The notes under the pieces are model-generated. The model searched no databases. It saw nothing but the letters and a program-made list of their open reading frames with translations, and had not been told where the DNA came from. A stretch of DNA of 64,000 nucleotides from Amoebophrya sp. A120. Its lineage: Eukaryota > Protista > Dinoflagellata. Below are positions 60,901 through 64,000 of the stretch, one piece after another. The first letter of the stretch is position 1. Each line of letters begins with the position of its first letter. The stretch covers positions 4,157,214-4,221,213 of the forward strand of contig CAJINV010000002.1 of the NCBI GenBank assembly GCA_905178155.1, written 5' to 3'. The position numbers were made by a program, and so were the translations under genes.

Positions 60901-63823
60901 AGTGAACAACTCCCCCTCGGCCTCGTTCCCGTCATTTGTAGGGCATGAACGGCATTACAAACACCAGTACATCAGGTGGACCCTGTGCATGACAAGTTCT
61001 TCATGCGCCGATTGTAGTACTGTTTGGATTTCCGGAATTTGTCATGCACACGGTCGTACCACAAGGTAGCAACTGAGTCTGGGCTATTGCATGACAAATG
61101 ACGGGGAGGTGGGGGAGATGTGCACTGTCATACACATCCAACCACATCTACGCGGGCTACCCGATTTGCTACTGCGAGGGGCTTTCCAATATCCTGTGCA
61201 AAAGTATCGTACTCGTATTGCAATCATGCATTACAAATTTCTTTCTCAAGTCAAATCCGCATTACAAATTTTATTTCTCATGCTGAGGAAATTTGTAACG
61301 CATTGATACGAGTGCGATACTTTTGCAGTGCATATCCAACAGCTTTTCCCACACCACCAAGGCGACCAGTGATCCGTACACCCGTGTGAAAGTCTCAGAA
61401 TGGAAATCCTCAGAGTGGAAATAATTTGTGATGCATGAAATGCGACGCAAAAAAGACGGCATTGCAGAGGACGCAATGCTGGAGGCCGACTAGTGCCCTC
61501 CTACGGGTTAAGATTTGGAGTGCTGATTAGCACGAGAGAAGGGCTGCACCCCTTTACGTTAACCAGCATGAGGACAAACATGCTTTGAGTGCCCGGGAAA
61601 TTTGTCATGCGCCGCCTAGAAGTGGCGCCTCAACTGGACTGGTTTTTTGTATTGCAAACTAGTTCGATTGCCGCTTTAAGGATTTCCAACCTGAGGCTTT
61701 AATAACCCGCGCCCTGCGGTTCCTCAGCGGCGCGCCCGTGGTCCCGAAGGCCGACCTGACGGAGCGGTTCTTCCTGTATCAAGTGCAAATACTTATGTCT
61801 GGGTCTGGATAAGATTGCCAGGTGTGTCATGCATATTTTGAATGACCCATGATGTCTGTGCTGCATGCCCTGGCATCACAGATTTTTCGAGAGGGGCTTT
61901 GCGATGCCTCTACCAAATGAGAAATGCCCTCTGCGCGTAGCACAGACTGGAGTTTTCTTTTCTTGCTGGTCATGCAATAGCAAATTTTTTAGAATCCAGA
62001 GAGAGCATCACAAGGTTAGAACCTTCCAGACATCCAGGGATATTCGCAATCCATATCCTGACGCGCATGCTGAAATTCCAGCCGACCGCGAACATGATCT
62101 CCCCCGACCCCGTGCTGGTGCAGAAGTACCAGAGTTTTCACAAGAACTGGATTTTGGCCGCGAACTCGGTGGCCGCCGGCGGCCAGGCTGCCGTTGACGC
62201 CACCCACGCCACGCGTTACGAAAACTGCAACGACGTATGCGCTATGAATTGCAAAAGCATCGTACTAGTACAAATCGCATGACAAATTTCCTCACCATGA
62301 GAAACGGAATTTGTAATGCGGACTCAACTCAAGAAGGAGATTTGTAATGCATACTGGTGGCTGCGATAGCGACTACTACGAGTGCGATACTTTTGCATAC
62401 GATATGCGCCCGGCAGAGTATGTCGCTCTACGGCGTGAAGAATCGGCGAAAGTGCAACGGTATCAATTGTAAAAATGTCTGGGTCTGGAAGAGTGCCAGG
62501 CTTGTCATGCAGATTTTACATGACTCATGAGGTCTGGTATGTAGGACTTAGCATGACAGATTCTGTTTCTGCGAGAGTTCTATAATGCCTATTCTGCATG
62601 AGAAACTGCCTCTCGATTAGGTCAAAAGTGGACAACTTTTGGTAATCATGCAACGCAGATTTTTGCATGCTTCAGATTTAGCATGACAAGTTGCATTCTT
62701 CCAGACCCAGACACTTTTACACTTCATAAACGGAAACGAGCTGGCGAAGATTCTCCAGAGGCGGCACATTGAGGCGGTGTTGCGGCATATGGCAGGAAAA
62801 AACTGTTTCACTGTAAACTTGTGATGCAGAAAATGGATCGCAGAGATGTGTGCTGTCATGCTAGTACACATGCAAGACAATGGATTTCTAGCCGTGTTTA
62901 TTTCCCTTAGCAACCCCGCATGGCAAATTTCCGTTGTTATGTAAAGCAAACTTGTGATGCAAAACTTGCAGAATCCTTACAGTGAAACACTTTTCTCGTA
63001 GGATGCGGCAGGTGCTGGCCGATCGCGACTTTGAGTGCCAAGCCGACGATACGATGCCTACACCTACTATTGGGAGCAAGCTCACCTGCGGGCTGTATGA
63101 CCAGCTGAACGCGGCGTCGGAAAATTTTTTTGACGAGTCAAAGGGCAACGGAGAATGGACCGGCACCGGATCTTGCACTTGGCGAGGGGACTCCTTTCAC
63201 CGGGTGCTTTATGAACTGCAAAAGTACTATCGTGTTAGTAGTAATTGCATGACATCAAATTTTCTCCGCATGACAAATGGACTTTGTCATGGTGAATTGC
63301 CTAAGAAGGCAGCTCTGTCATGCGCAGTAGATTGCGGCTGCTGTTACTACGAGTGCGATTCATACTCTTTCCAATCCATACTCTTTGCTACTGCGAAGAC
63401 GTGGACTTTTTCGACCACCCGGAAGATACTCCCCTGTCGCTGCCCGTATCAAAAGGAAAAATCCCCCCTCCCCATATCAAAAAGGAAATCTGTGATGCTG
63501 GATTTGCATACAGAAATCAGATTTGTCTTGCAGTGCTAGGACTGCACGCAGGTCGCAAGCCTAGGTAGGCGTCTTGTGGTGTAGGCGCCTAGCATTGTAG
63601 GCGGCTGCCCTGTAGTCCTTACAGCATTACAAAGCGCCTGCATAACATGGCGGACAGCCTGGGCTTGGTTTCCTGCAAGACAGGCTTGGCGTGTGGCCAC
63701 AAATCTGCATCGCAAATTTTCCGACGGATGCGGTTTCAATATCAGGAGGGGGGACTTTTCCTTGCAATAGCCCGACGCGGTGTTGTATGATCAGGGCACC
63801 TGGCACCTGGCCCCGAATCTGCA
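33..63823 (+). CDS. Giant multi-exon gene (partial, about 107 exons, roughly 3,900 aa in window): Cys-rich extracellular protein with galactose-binding/F5-8C-like, PAN/Apple-like, Thr/Pro-rich and ConA-like modules
   Basis: Removing each TIR element plus one 5-bp repeat gives a continuous stop-free frame on each side of the 28.9-kb gap, e.g. SGSSV|CEPLLNTDYAGDAA|TSTMTSGKTWQECVRGCAESSTC|KHLVH...GYCHFKT. Domain names come from motif recognition, not HMM searches. Confidence 0.9.
106..328. mobile_element. Introner family G (TATGCAAGAAAAAA TIR)
   Basis: TIR; TSD tcagt. Confidence 0.9.
329..489 (+). CDS. Exon (SDEVNAKQLPAG...VELVP)
   Basis: Between introners; in frame with neighbours. Confidence 0.85.
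490..739. mobile_element. Introner family F (TATGGCGTTCTCAAACGTTAC TIR)
   Basis: TSD tgccg/tgccc. Confidence 0.9.
788..1062. mobile_element. Introner family B (TAT..AAAATGTCTGGGTCTGGAA TIR)
   Basis: TSD ctatt. Confidence 0.9.
1063..1527 (+). CDS. Exon, galactose-binding-like domain
   Basis: VHT...AWWIASF...FVHKMRWF...QIKIE; core of ORF 1088..1576. Confidence 0.85.
1528..1797. mobile_element. Introner F-like
   Basis: TSD cacat. Confidence 0.88.
1798..1906 (+). CDS. Exon (HMFTGAHFYQL...KQVY)
   Basis: In frame after TSD removal. Confidence 0.85.
1907..2977. mobile_element. Introner family C (..GGAAAAATCCCCCTCCCCATA TIR) with about 750-bp foreign insert
   Basis: Diverged TSD ttacg/gcgcg, but 5-nt rule restores frame. 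Confidence 0.85.
2978..3390 (+). CDS. Exon, galactose-binding-like domain N-terminal part
   Basis: AEYFW...FVTKIRLF...AKIYLDDVLAGTLP. Confidence 0.85.
3391..3642. mobile_element. Introner B
   Basis: TSD gtccg/ggccg. Confidence 0.9.
3692..4001. mobile_element. Introner family D (TATGG..GTGTCAGGATCGAAAT TIR)
   Basis: TSD ctgca. Confidence 0.9.
4002..4074 (+). CDS. Exon, PAN/Apple core (TWQECVRGCAESSTC)
   Basis: C-x3-C-x5-C motif continuing in frame at 8129. Confidence 0.85.
6877..6918. repeat. (TAC)n microsatellite at gap edge
   Basis: Direct reading. Confidence 0.95.
6919..7836. other. Assembly gap
   Basis: N run. Confidence 1.
8129..8238 (+). CDS. Exon, PAN/Apple C-terminal part (KHLVH...GYCHFKT)
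   Basis: Joins 4074 across a 4-kb introner. Confidence 0.85.
8239..8385. mobile_element. Introner family A (TAT..GCAAAAGTATCGTA TIR)
   Basis: TSD gtcgg. Confidence 0.9.
8404..9443. mobile_element. Introner family E (TATCCT..AAAAACGTCCCC TIR) with nested element
   Basis: TSD cgcga. Confidence 0.88.
8520..9243 (+). mobile_element. Helentron/Helitron2-like non-autonomous element
   Basis: Asymmetric 12-bp IR GTAGTGAGGTCA (8520-8531) / TGACCTCACTAC (9206-9217), then small hairpin CCGC-GGAC-GCGG. Confidence 0.5.
9475..9735. mobile_element. Introner B
   Basis: TSD gacat. Confidence 0.9.
9785..10838. mobile_element. Introner E with nested Helitron
   Basis: TSD cccga/cctga. Confidence 0.88.
10067..10807 (-). 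mobile_element. Non-autonomous Helitron-like element, copy 1
   Basis: A|TTACTATCTATT...hairpin...CTGG|T, no TSD; homologous to 55747-56518. Confidence 0.78.
10892..11051. mobile_element. Introner A
   Basis: TSD cacga. Confidence 0.9.
11052..11196 (+). CDS. Exon (KIKLES...LAFCGLQVF), galactose-binding-like domain C-terminus
   Basis: Matches repeated L-x-CG-L-x-V/IF terminal strand. Confidence 0.85.
11311..13103 (-). mobile_element. Non-autonomous Helitron-like element
   Basis: Perfect 11-bp-stem hairpin 11322-11344, then CTAG|T on - strand; host CTCGTA|TAAATGCAT rejoins without TSD. Confidence 0.78.
12457..12689. repeat. 12-bp minisatellite with internal inversion
   Basis: GATATATCTGGG units switch to CCCAGAYATRTC near 12510. 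Confidence 0.95.
13113..13866. mobile_element. Non-autonomous TIR element at an ATGCAT site
   Basis: TIR GACGTGGCCTGGGTA / TACCGAGGCGACGTC (13/15); ATGCAT on both flanks; GCACCGAG subterminal repeats. Confidence 0.75.
14265..14538. mobile_element. Introner B
   Basis: TSD tgacg/tggcg. Confidence 0.9.
14588..14900. mobile_element. Introner D (reverse orientation vs 3692)
   Basis: TSD tccga/ttcga. Confidence 0.9.
14935..15376. mobile_element. Introner D with 106-bp insert
   Basis: TSD cacct/cgcct. Confidence 0.88.
15437..15682. mobile_element. Introner B
   Basis: TSD atgcg. Confidence 0.9.
15718..16026. mobile_element. Introner D
   Basis: TSD gaccg. Confidence 0.9.
16027..16211 (+). CDS. 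Exon (NFGMPVW...CRGFQV...FLCKLH)
   Basis: In frame; PAN-like cysteines. Confidence 0.85.
16212..16381. mobile_element. Introner A
   Basis: TSD cgaga. Confidence 0.9.
16419..16697. mobile_element. Introner E
   Basis: TSD cgacc. Confidence 0.9.
16745..16899. mobile_element. Introner A
   Basis: TSD cacgg. Confidence 0.9.
16930..17174. mobile_element. Introner family H (TATGACAGTGCACAACTCCCCC TIR)
   Basis: TSD cccgt. Confidence 0.9.
17217..17529. mobile_element. Introner C
   Basis: TSD gggga. Confidence 0.9.
17639..17796. mobile_element. Introner A
   Basis: TSD cggta. Confidence 0.9.
17900..22053. mobile_element. Introner G with 3.9-kb nested element
   Basis: TSD ctcga; flanking exons join as YNDRHYSTSECYYLC. 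Confidence 0.88.
18029..21958 (+). mobile_element. Helitron/Helentron-like non-autonomous element with internal 0.6-0.75-kb tandem units
   Basis: Subterminal IR AATGATCATTAG (about 18044) / CTACTGATCATT (about 21884); 3' hairpin GGGCCGCCC-TTCA-GGGCGACCC; end CTTG|T. Confidence 0.65.
22097..22303. mobile_element. Introner G
   Basis: TSD ccttc. Confidence 0.9.
22345..22597. mobile_element. Introner G-like
   Basis: TSD aagcg. Confidence 0.88.
22653..22942. mobile_element. Introner E
   Basis: TSD cactg. Confidence 0.9.
22978..23131. mobile_element. Introner A
   Basis: TSD tgtga. Confidence 0.9.
23163..23375. mobile_element. Divergent introner (G-like)
   Basis: TSD cggcc; weak TIR. Confidence 0.82.
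23431..23738. mobile_element. Introner D
   Basis: TSD gcgcc; ends ACA. Confidence 0.9.
23739..24056 (+). CDS. Exon (GSSFGLVKG...VNPSAK)
   Basis: In frame; ORF 23762..24067. Confidence 0.85.
24057..24389. mobile_element. Introner C
   Basis: TSD gaaaa. Confidence 0.9.
24429..24749. mobile_element. Introner C
   Basis: TSD gctgc. Confidence 0.9.
24760..25061. mobile_element. Introner E
   Basis: TSD actgt; ends ATG. Confidence 0.9.
25165..25308. mobile_element. Introner A
   Basis: TSD cgcag. Confidence 0.9.
25366..25618. mobile_element. Introner B
   Basis: TSD gtacc/gcacc. Confidence 0.9.
25656..25896. mobile_element. Introner G
   Basis: TSD cccac. Confidence 0.9.
25897..26106 (+). CDS. Exon, galactose-binding-like domain (FCYY...PFWEW...LTKLRVWN)
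   Basis: In frame. Confidence 0.85.
26107..26370. mobile_element. Introner B
   Basis: TSD ttacc. Confidence 0.9.
26427..26692. mobile_element. Introner B
   Basis: TSD cgcgc; ends ATG. Confidence 0.9.
26693..26957 (+). CDS. Exon (KTLRIQ...LILCGLELF)
   Basis: In frame. Confidence 0.85.
26958..27120. mobile_element. Introner A
   Basis: TSD ccttg. Confidence 0.9.
27167..27423. mobile_element. Introner B
   Basis: TSD accaa. Confidence 0.9.
27472..27741. mobile_element. Introner B
   Basis: TSD acggc. Confidence 0.9.
27792..28053. mobile_element. Introner B
   Basis: TSD tcggg. Confidence 0.9.
28112..28363. mobile_element. Introner B
   Basis: TSD acgtg/acctg. Confidence 0.9.
28434..28876. mobile_element. 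Introner B left part, interrupted near 28537 by an unclassified insert that runs into the gap
   Basis: Left TIR only. Confidence 0.7.
28877..29314. other. Assembly gap
   Basis: N run; may hide exons. Confidence 1.
29315..29558. mobile_element. Introner B (left tip in gap)
   Basis: Both TIR arms visible. Confidence 0.85.
29620..29941. mobile_element. Introner C
   Basis: TSD gctcg. Confidence 0.9.
29942..30121 (+). CDS. Exon (LWICGLEIF)
   Basis: In frame. Confidence 0.85.
30122..30277. mobile_element. Introner A
   Basis: TSD cgagg. Confidence 0.9.
30278..30407 (+). CDS. Exon, Pro-rich linker
   Basis: PVPGPGPAPTPAPPAGPPPPPPEP. Confidence 0.85.
30408..30783. mobile_element. Introner E with 73-bp insert
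   Basis: TSD gctgc/gccgc. Confidence 0.88.
30784..31005 (+). CDS. Exon, PAN-like (SVKACDAECRSTSLCTH)
   Basis: Continues in frame at 33470. Confidence 0.85.
31006..33469. mobile_element. Introner A with 2.3-kb unclassified insert (about 31145-33449)
   Basis: TSD gcact; exons join as SLCTHFVID. Confidence 0.88.
33470..33686 (+). CDS. Exon (FVID...CHFYKSGC)
   Basis: In frame. Confidence 0.85.
33687..33924. mobile_element. Introner F
   Basis: TSD cgcac/cccac. Confidence 0.9.
33982..34324. mobile_element. Introner C
   Basis: TSD caact; ends ATG. Confidence 0.9.
34325..34469 (+). CDS. Exon, PAN-like (YTKAECRYLCAATEKC)
   Basis: In frame. Confidence 0.85.
34470..34748. mobile_element. Introner E
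   Basis: TSD ggcac/gccac. Confidence 0.9.
34809..35042. mobile_element. Introner H
   Basis: TSD gcaga/gcaaa. Confidence 0.9.
35043..35576 (+). CDS. Exon, Cys-rich/PAN-like
   Basis: ORF 35059..35616; AEKCRYLCEKTPEC. Confidence 0.88.
35577..35883. mobile_element. Introner D
   Basis: TSD gacaa. Confidence 0.9.
35974..36187. mobile_element. Introner G
   Basis: TSD actgc. Confidence 0.9.
36253..36504. mobile_element. Introner B
   Basis: TSD ccacc. Confidence 0.9.
36545..36813. mobile_element. Introner F
   Basis: TSD acgca; ends ATG. Confidence 0.9.
36870..37197. mobile_element. Introner C
   Basis: TSD tacga/tatga. Confidence 0.88.
37198..37350 (+). CDS. Exon (FCTLF...AWWKATF)
   Basis: In frame. 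Confidence 0.85.
37351..37564. mobile_element. Introner H
   Basis: TSD cgcac. Confidence 0.9.
37581..37886. mobile_element. Introner D
   Basis: TSD cgcca. Confidence 0.9.
37911..38122. mobile_element. Introner G
   Basis: TSD ccggg. Confidence 0.9.
38123..39792 (+). CDS. Largest exon (about 555 aa): several PAN/Apple-like repeats plus galactose-binding-like domain parts
   Basis: Core of ORF 38029..39855; QCDADCRALENC, ECRYLCAMTPGC, ACYYLCSKTPGC, SWWEAEF. Confidence 0.92.
39793..40119. mobile_element. Introner C
   Basis: TSD tagtc; ends AAA. Confidence 0.88.
40202..40523. mobile_element. Introner D
   Basis: TSD aacgc/atcgc. Confidence 0.9.
40524..40824 (+). CDS. Exon (LCFCGIWIYE plus Pro/Gly/Thr linker)
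   Basis: In frame. Confidence 0.87.
40825..41059. mobile_element. Introner F
   Basis: TSD gacta. Confidence 0.9.
41121..41265. mobile_element. Introner A
   Basis: TSD acctg. Confidence 0.9.
41421..41675. mobile_element. Introner B
   Basis: TSD accac/gccac. Confidence 0.9.
41676..41976 (+). CDS. Exon, start of ConA/laminin-G-like segment
   Basis: Continues to FNYFRLLKVGTKVH|LFFNG; fold call is inference. Confidence 0.75.
41977..42267. mobile_element. Introner E
   Basis: TSD gcaaa. Confidence 0.9.
42347..42568. mobile_element. Introner G
   Basis: TSD gcttg. Confidence 0.9.
42622..42932. mobile_element. Introner C
   Basis: TSD gcatc. Confidence 0.9.
42980..43122. mobile_element. Introner A
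   Basis: TSD caccg; ends TAG..GTA. Confidence 0.88.
43183..43463. mobile_element. Introner B-like
   Basis: TSD actct. Confidence 0.88.
43531..43695. mobile_element. Introner A
   Basis: TSD ccacc. Confidence 0.88.
43870..44750. repeat. 12-bp AGGCGAAACGAC-type minisatellite blocks (two direct, one inverted)
   Basis: Direct reading. Confidence 0.85.
44850..46680. repeat. Degenerate tandem array rich in palindromic GAATATTC/TTCGCGAA
   Basis: Recurring TTCGGGCGGGGGTTGTGTTCTGGAATATTC. Confidence 0.85.
46750..52460. repeat. Satellite array, about 33 units of about 175 bp
   Basis: Recurring GCCAGCCTTGCCCCGCTCTGTTCC...GGCTATCGCGCGAAGCCCC. Confidence 0.92.
52887..53174. mobile_element. Introner B-like
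   Basis: TSD cggcg. Confidence 0.88.
53230..53382. mobile_element. Introner A
   Basis: TSD agctg/agctc. Confidence 0.9.
53426..53714. mobile_element. Introner E
   Basis: TSD cattc/aactc; frame restored. Confidence 0.85.
53856..54007. mobile_element. Introner A
   Basis: TSD gcagc. Confidence 0.9.
54008..54277 (+). CDS. Exon (AAASKVAET...EAERN)
   Basis: In frame. Confidence 0.82.
54278..54539. mobile_element. Introner B
   Basis: TSD gaacg. Confidence 0.9.
54594..54907. mobile_element. Introner D
   Basis: TSD cacga. Confidence 0.9.
55061..55210. mobile_element. Introner A
   Basis: TSD caagg. Confidence 0.9.
55325..55606. mobile_element. Introner E
   Basis: TSD gacca; ends AGA. Confidence 0.87.
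55710..56787. mobile_element. Introner family I with nested Helitron
   Basis: TSD tgaag. Confidence 0.88.
55747..56518 (+). mobile_element. Non-autonomous Helitron-like element, copy 2
   Basis: A|TTACTA...hairpin 56491-56510...CTGG|T. Confidence 0.78.
56788..57032 (+). CDS. Exon (WDLVWASDH...QVAA)
   Basis: In frame. Confidence 0.82.
57033..57141. mobile_element. Minimal 109-bp introner (family J)
   Basis: 30-bp perfect TIR; TSD ccgca. Confidence 0.92.
57188..57454. mobile_element. Introner B
   Basis: TSD ggggg/ggcgg. Confidence 0.88.
57525..57738. mobile_element. Introner H
   Basis: TSD aacag. Confidence 0.9.
57739..57923 (+). CDS. Exon (VIPFYEP...LVHP)
   Basis: In frame. Confidence 0.82.
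57924..58165. mobile_element. Introner G
   Basis: TSD cccag; starts TAA. Confidence 0.88.
58226..58566. mobile_element. Introner F with 86-bp insert
   Basis: TSD ctgga. Confidence 0.9.
58621..58808. mobile_element. Introner G-like
   Basis: TSD cagtt. Confidence 0.88.
58855..59133. mobile_element. Introner E
   Basis: TSD gccac; very similar to 34470-34748. Confidence 0.9.
59184..59446. mobile_element. Introner B
   Basis: TSD gcctc; very similar to 26427-26692. Confidence 0.9.
59566..59718. mobile_element. Introner A
   Basis: TSD gtcag. Confidence 0.9.
59765..59910. mobile_element. Introner A
   Basis: TSD gcaca. Confidence 0.9.
59959..60114. mobile_element. Introner A
   Basis: TSD gacat. 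Confidence 0.9.
60167..60431. mobile_element. Introner B
   Basis: TSD caaac. Confidence 0.9.
60500..60814. mobile_element. Introner C-like
   Basis: TSD cactt/cacct. Confidence 0.88.
60895..61132. mobile_element. Introner H
   Basis: TSD cacag/cacat. Confidence 0.88.
61190..61334. mobile_element. Introner A
   Basis: TSD tccaa. Confidence 0.9.
61385..61704. mobile_element. Introner I
   Basis: TSD acccg; starts TGT. Confidence 0.88.
61777..62055. mobile_element. Introner B
   Basis: TSD tcctg. Confidence 0.9.
62056..62242 (+). CDS. Exon (TRMLKFQ...NCNDVCA)
   Basis: In frame. Confidence 0.82.
62243..62404. mobile_element. Introner A
   Basis: TSD tgcgc. Confidence 0.9.
62461..62728. mobile_element. 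Introner B
   Basis: TSD aacgg. Confidence 0.9.
62788..63005. mobile_element. Introner G
   Basis: TSD cggca; ends ATG. Confidence 0.9.
63006..63209 (+). CDS. Exon (VLADRDFEC...HRVL)
   Basis: In frame; continues CYCED. Confidence 0.82.
63210..63380. mobile_element. Introner A-like
   Basis: TSD tgctt/ctctt; frame restored. Confidence 0.85.
63447..63769. mobile_element. Introner C
   Basis: TSD gcccg. Confidence 0.9.
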
Positions 63824-64000
63824 TATCCTGAGTAAAAACGTACCCACACCAGAGTCAGGATGGTGAATCTGCTAGACAAATCAGCCAGCCTTGGTTGTTT
63901 GGCATGACAAGTTTGTCCGCGTAGTGTAGTGCTGTTTGAGCTAGTTTAGCAGCATTACAGATCTAGTATCTCGTGCTGATTGGAGCATGACAAATTTCAA
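63824..64000. mobile_element. Introner E (runs off window)
   Basis: Left TIR TATCCTGAGTAAAAACGTACCC. Confidence 0.85.

Noticed and set aside
106-63769. TA target duplication (Tc1/mariner) reading of the TAT...ATA ends
   Set aside because: A separate 5-bp direct repeat lies outside the TA, and only the 5-nt rule restores the frame.
33-63823. Pseudogene destroyed by MITE insertions
   Set aside because: No stops or frameshifts found in the reconstructed exons, and all secondary insertions fall inside introners, which implies purifying selection.

Overview
Eukaryotic scaffold with two N-gaps (6919-7836, 28877-29314). The whole window lies inside ONE giant + strand gene whose start and stop are outside the window. 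It encodes roughly 3,900 aa (hand count) of a Cys-rich extracellular adhesin/lectin-like protein: galactose-binding/F5-8C-like domains, PAN/Apple-like repeats, Thr/Pro linkers and a ConA-like segment. The CDS is broken by about 108 MITE-like elements (mostly 110-340 bp, about 10 families A-J defined here by their terminal inverted repeats, TIRs). Each has consensus TAT...ATA ends and is flanked by a 5-bp direct repeat (TSD). I saw no GT-AG introns. Removing each element plus one TSD copy restored a stop-free reading frame at every junction I translated by hand. This matches the non-canonical introner elements reported for the parasitic dinoflagellate Amoebophrya (taxon is my inference); to my knowledge their excision mechanism is unresolved. 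The introners occur in both orientations, share a dispersed GCATNACAA motif, and host nested cargo: Helitron-like elements up to 8.9 kb, a poly-A/19-bp-TSD retro-insertion, a TIR element and another introner. Most ORFs in the supplied track are spurious. Coordinates were counted by hand and may be off by a few bases. Exon intervals include both flanking TSD copies, and only the larger exons are listed.
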